Positions 63,108 to 64,000 of a stretch of DNA of 64,000 bases are shown here, piece after piece. The DNA is from Strigamia acuminata (Eukaryota), in contig OX442314.1 of NCBI GenBank assembly GCA_949358305.1, positions 930,001 through 994,000 on the forward strand. The letters run 5' to 3'. The notes under the pieces are model-generated. The model saw only the letters and a list, made by a program, of their open reading frames with translations, did no database searches and was not told the DNA's origin. The position numbers and the translations under genes were made by a program. The stretch's first letter is position 1. Every line of letters begins with the position of its first letter.

Positions 63108-64000
63108 GATCTATGAATACGCATTTAAGATGCAATTCTTGATTTCTACCTCAAGGAGGGATTTAAAGGGATGAAGGAGGAAATCACTCGAGGCAAGGCC
63201 ATGGGAAAGTGCATTAAATTATTCTGCTGTTTGAATTAAAGAGTTTTAAAAGGAAGTAGGTCATTGACTTCACCTGCTTCTATCACAACTGGTTTTTTTG
63301 GAACGTTTCATTTTACTGGAGGGAAAATGAATAAATGACGTGATTTGTTTACATGTACTTTGTTGGCAAAATCACACATATTAACCATTTTTAGGAAAGT
63401 GGGAGGTAATTAAAGTGAAAGTGGGGGTAAATCGTATGGACTTCCAATGACAGTGGGCAACATTTGCCATTGTTTAAAGTTTTCTGAGGGTATTGGAAGT
63501 GGGGGTTACGGCAAAATTAAAAGTGGGGGTAATTTTAAACGGTTTGTCTCGAGATGGTGAGTCGAATGCTATATTGCACGTATGGGTCAGGGTGTTTGAT
63601 CACATGTTGAATCTGCACTTGGTGAAATTTTGGCTATGTCCAACACGCTTCATTGGTGAAATTTTGGCTATGTCCAACACGCTTTGTTGGTGAAATTTGG
63701 CTATGTCCAACACGCTTCGTTGGTGATATTTTGACTATGTTCCACAAGCTTGGTTTGATATTTCGGCTATGTTCCACAAGCTTGGTTTGATATTTTGACT
63801 ATGTTCCACAAGCTTGGTTTGATATTTCGGCTATGTTCCACAAGCTTGGTTTGATATTTTGACTATGTTCCACAAGCTTGGTTTGATATTTCGGCTATGT
63901 TCCACAAGCTTGGTTTGATATTTTGACTATGTTCCACAAGCTTGGTTTGATATTTTGACTATGTTCCACAAGCTTGGTTTGATATTCCGGCTATGTCCAT
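63090..64000. mobile_element. Probable LTR of another retrotransposon inserted in the repeat-protein copy (runs off window)
   Basis: Foreign sequence starts TGTTGTAG exactly at the homology break and contains tandem repeats. No internal ORF visible. Confidence 0.5.
63604..64000. repeat. 32-34 bp tandem repeat (ATGTTCCACAAGCTTGGTTTGATATTT(CGG/TGA)CT)
   Basis: Four divergent units, then eight near-identical units mostly alternating two variants. Confidence 0.93.

Noticed and set aside
63604..64000. 32 bp repeats as a CRISPR-like array
   Set aside because: Units are directly adjacent with no unique spacers, in a eukaryotic context with no cas genes.

Overview
AT-rich eukaryotic (arthropod) genomic DNA with short spliceosomal introns. 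A Hairless-type Su(H)-binding gene beside MTA suggests a myriapod or chelicerate (inference). Bases 1-15.9 kb hold a large minus-strand Ty3/Gypsy LTR retrotransposon with a tRNA-Gln PBS, gag, a -1 frameshifted pol and a third ORF of at least 393 codons that the ORF track missed. A second intact 4.8 kb Gypsy element (identical 154 bp LTRs, GTGTT target duplication, tRNA-Leu PBS) is inserted in the integrase of the first. Next come a damaged FHA-RING (RNF8-like) gene and a ~2200 aa secreted tandem-domain protein. A housekeeping block follows: BOLA3, a carboxypeptidase A, CRLS1, S-CAP/Hairless-like, MTA, NDUFAF1, GNPNAT1, SEC23 and CCDC167. This block is bracketed by a >=5.1 kb inverted duplication carrying an RNF216-like RBR E3 ligase and the 5' end of the repeat-protein gene. 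One RBR copy has lost its catalytic RING2 through a 14 bp deletion. Three more RBR fragments are present, two of them forming a fold-back. Many introns carry A/T-tract minisatellites of 20, 21 or 40 bp period. Gene models were spliced by hand and family calls come from recognised motifs; no searches were run.
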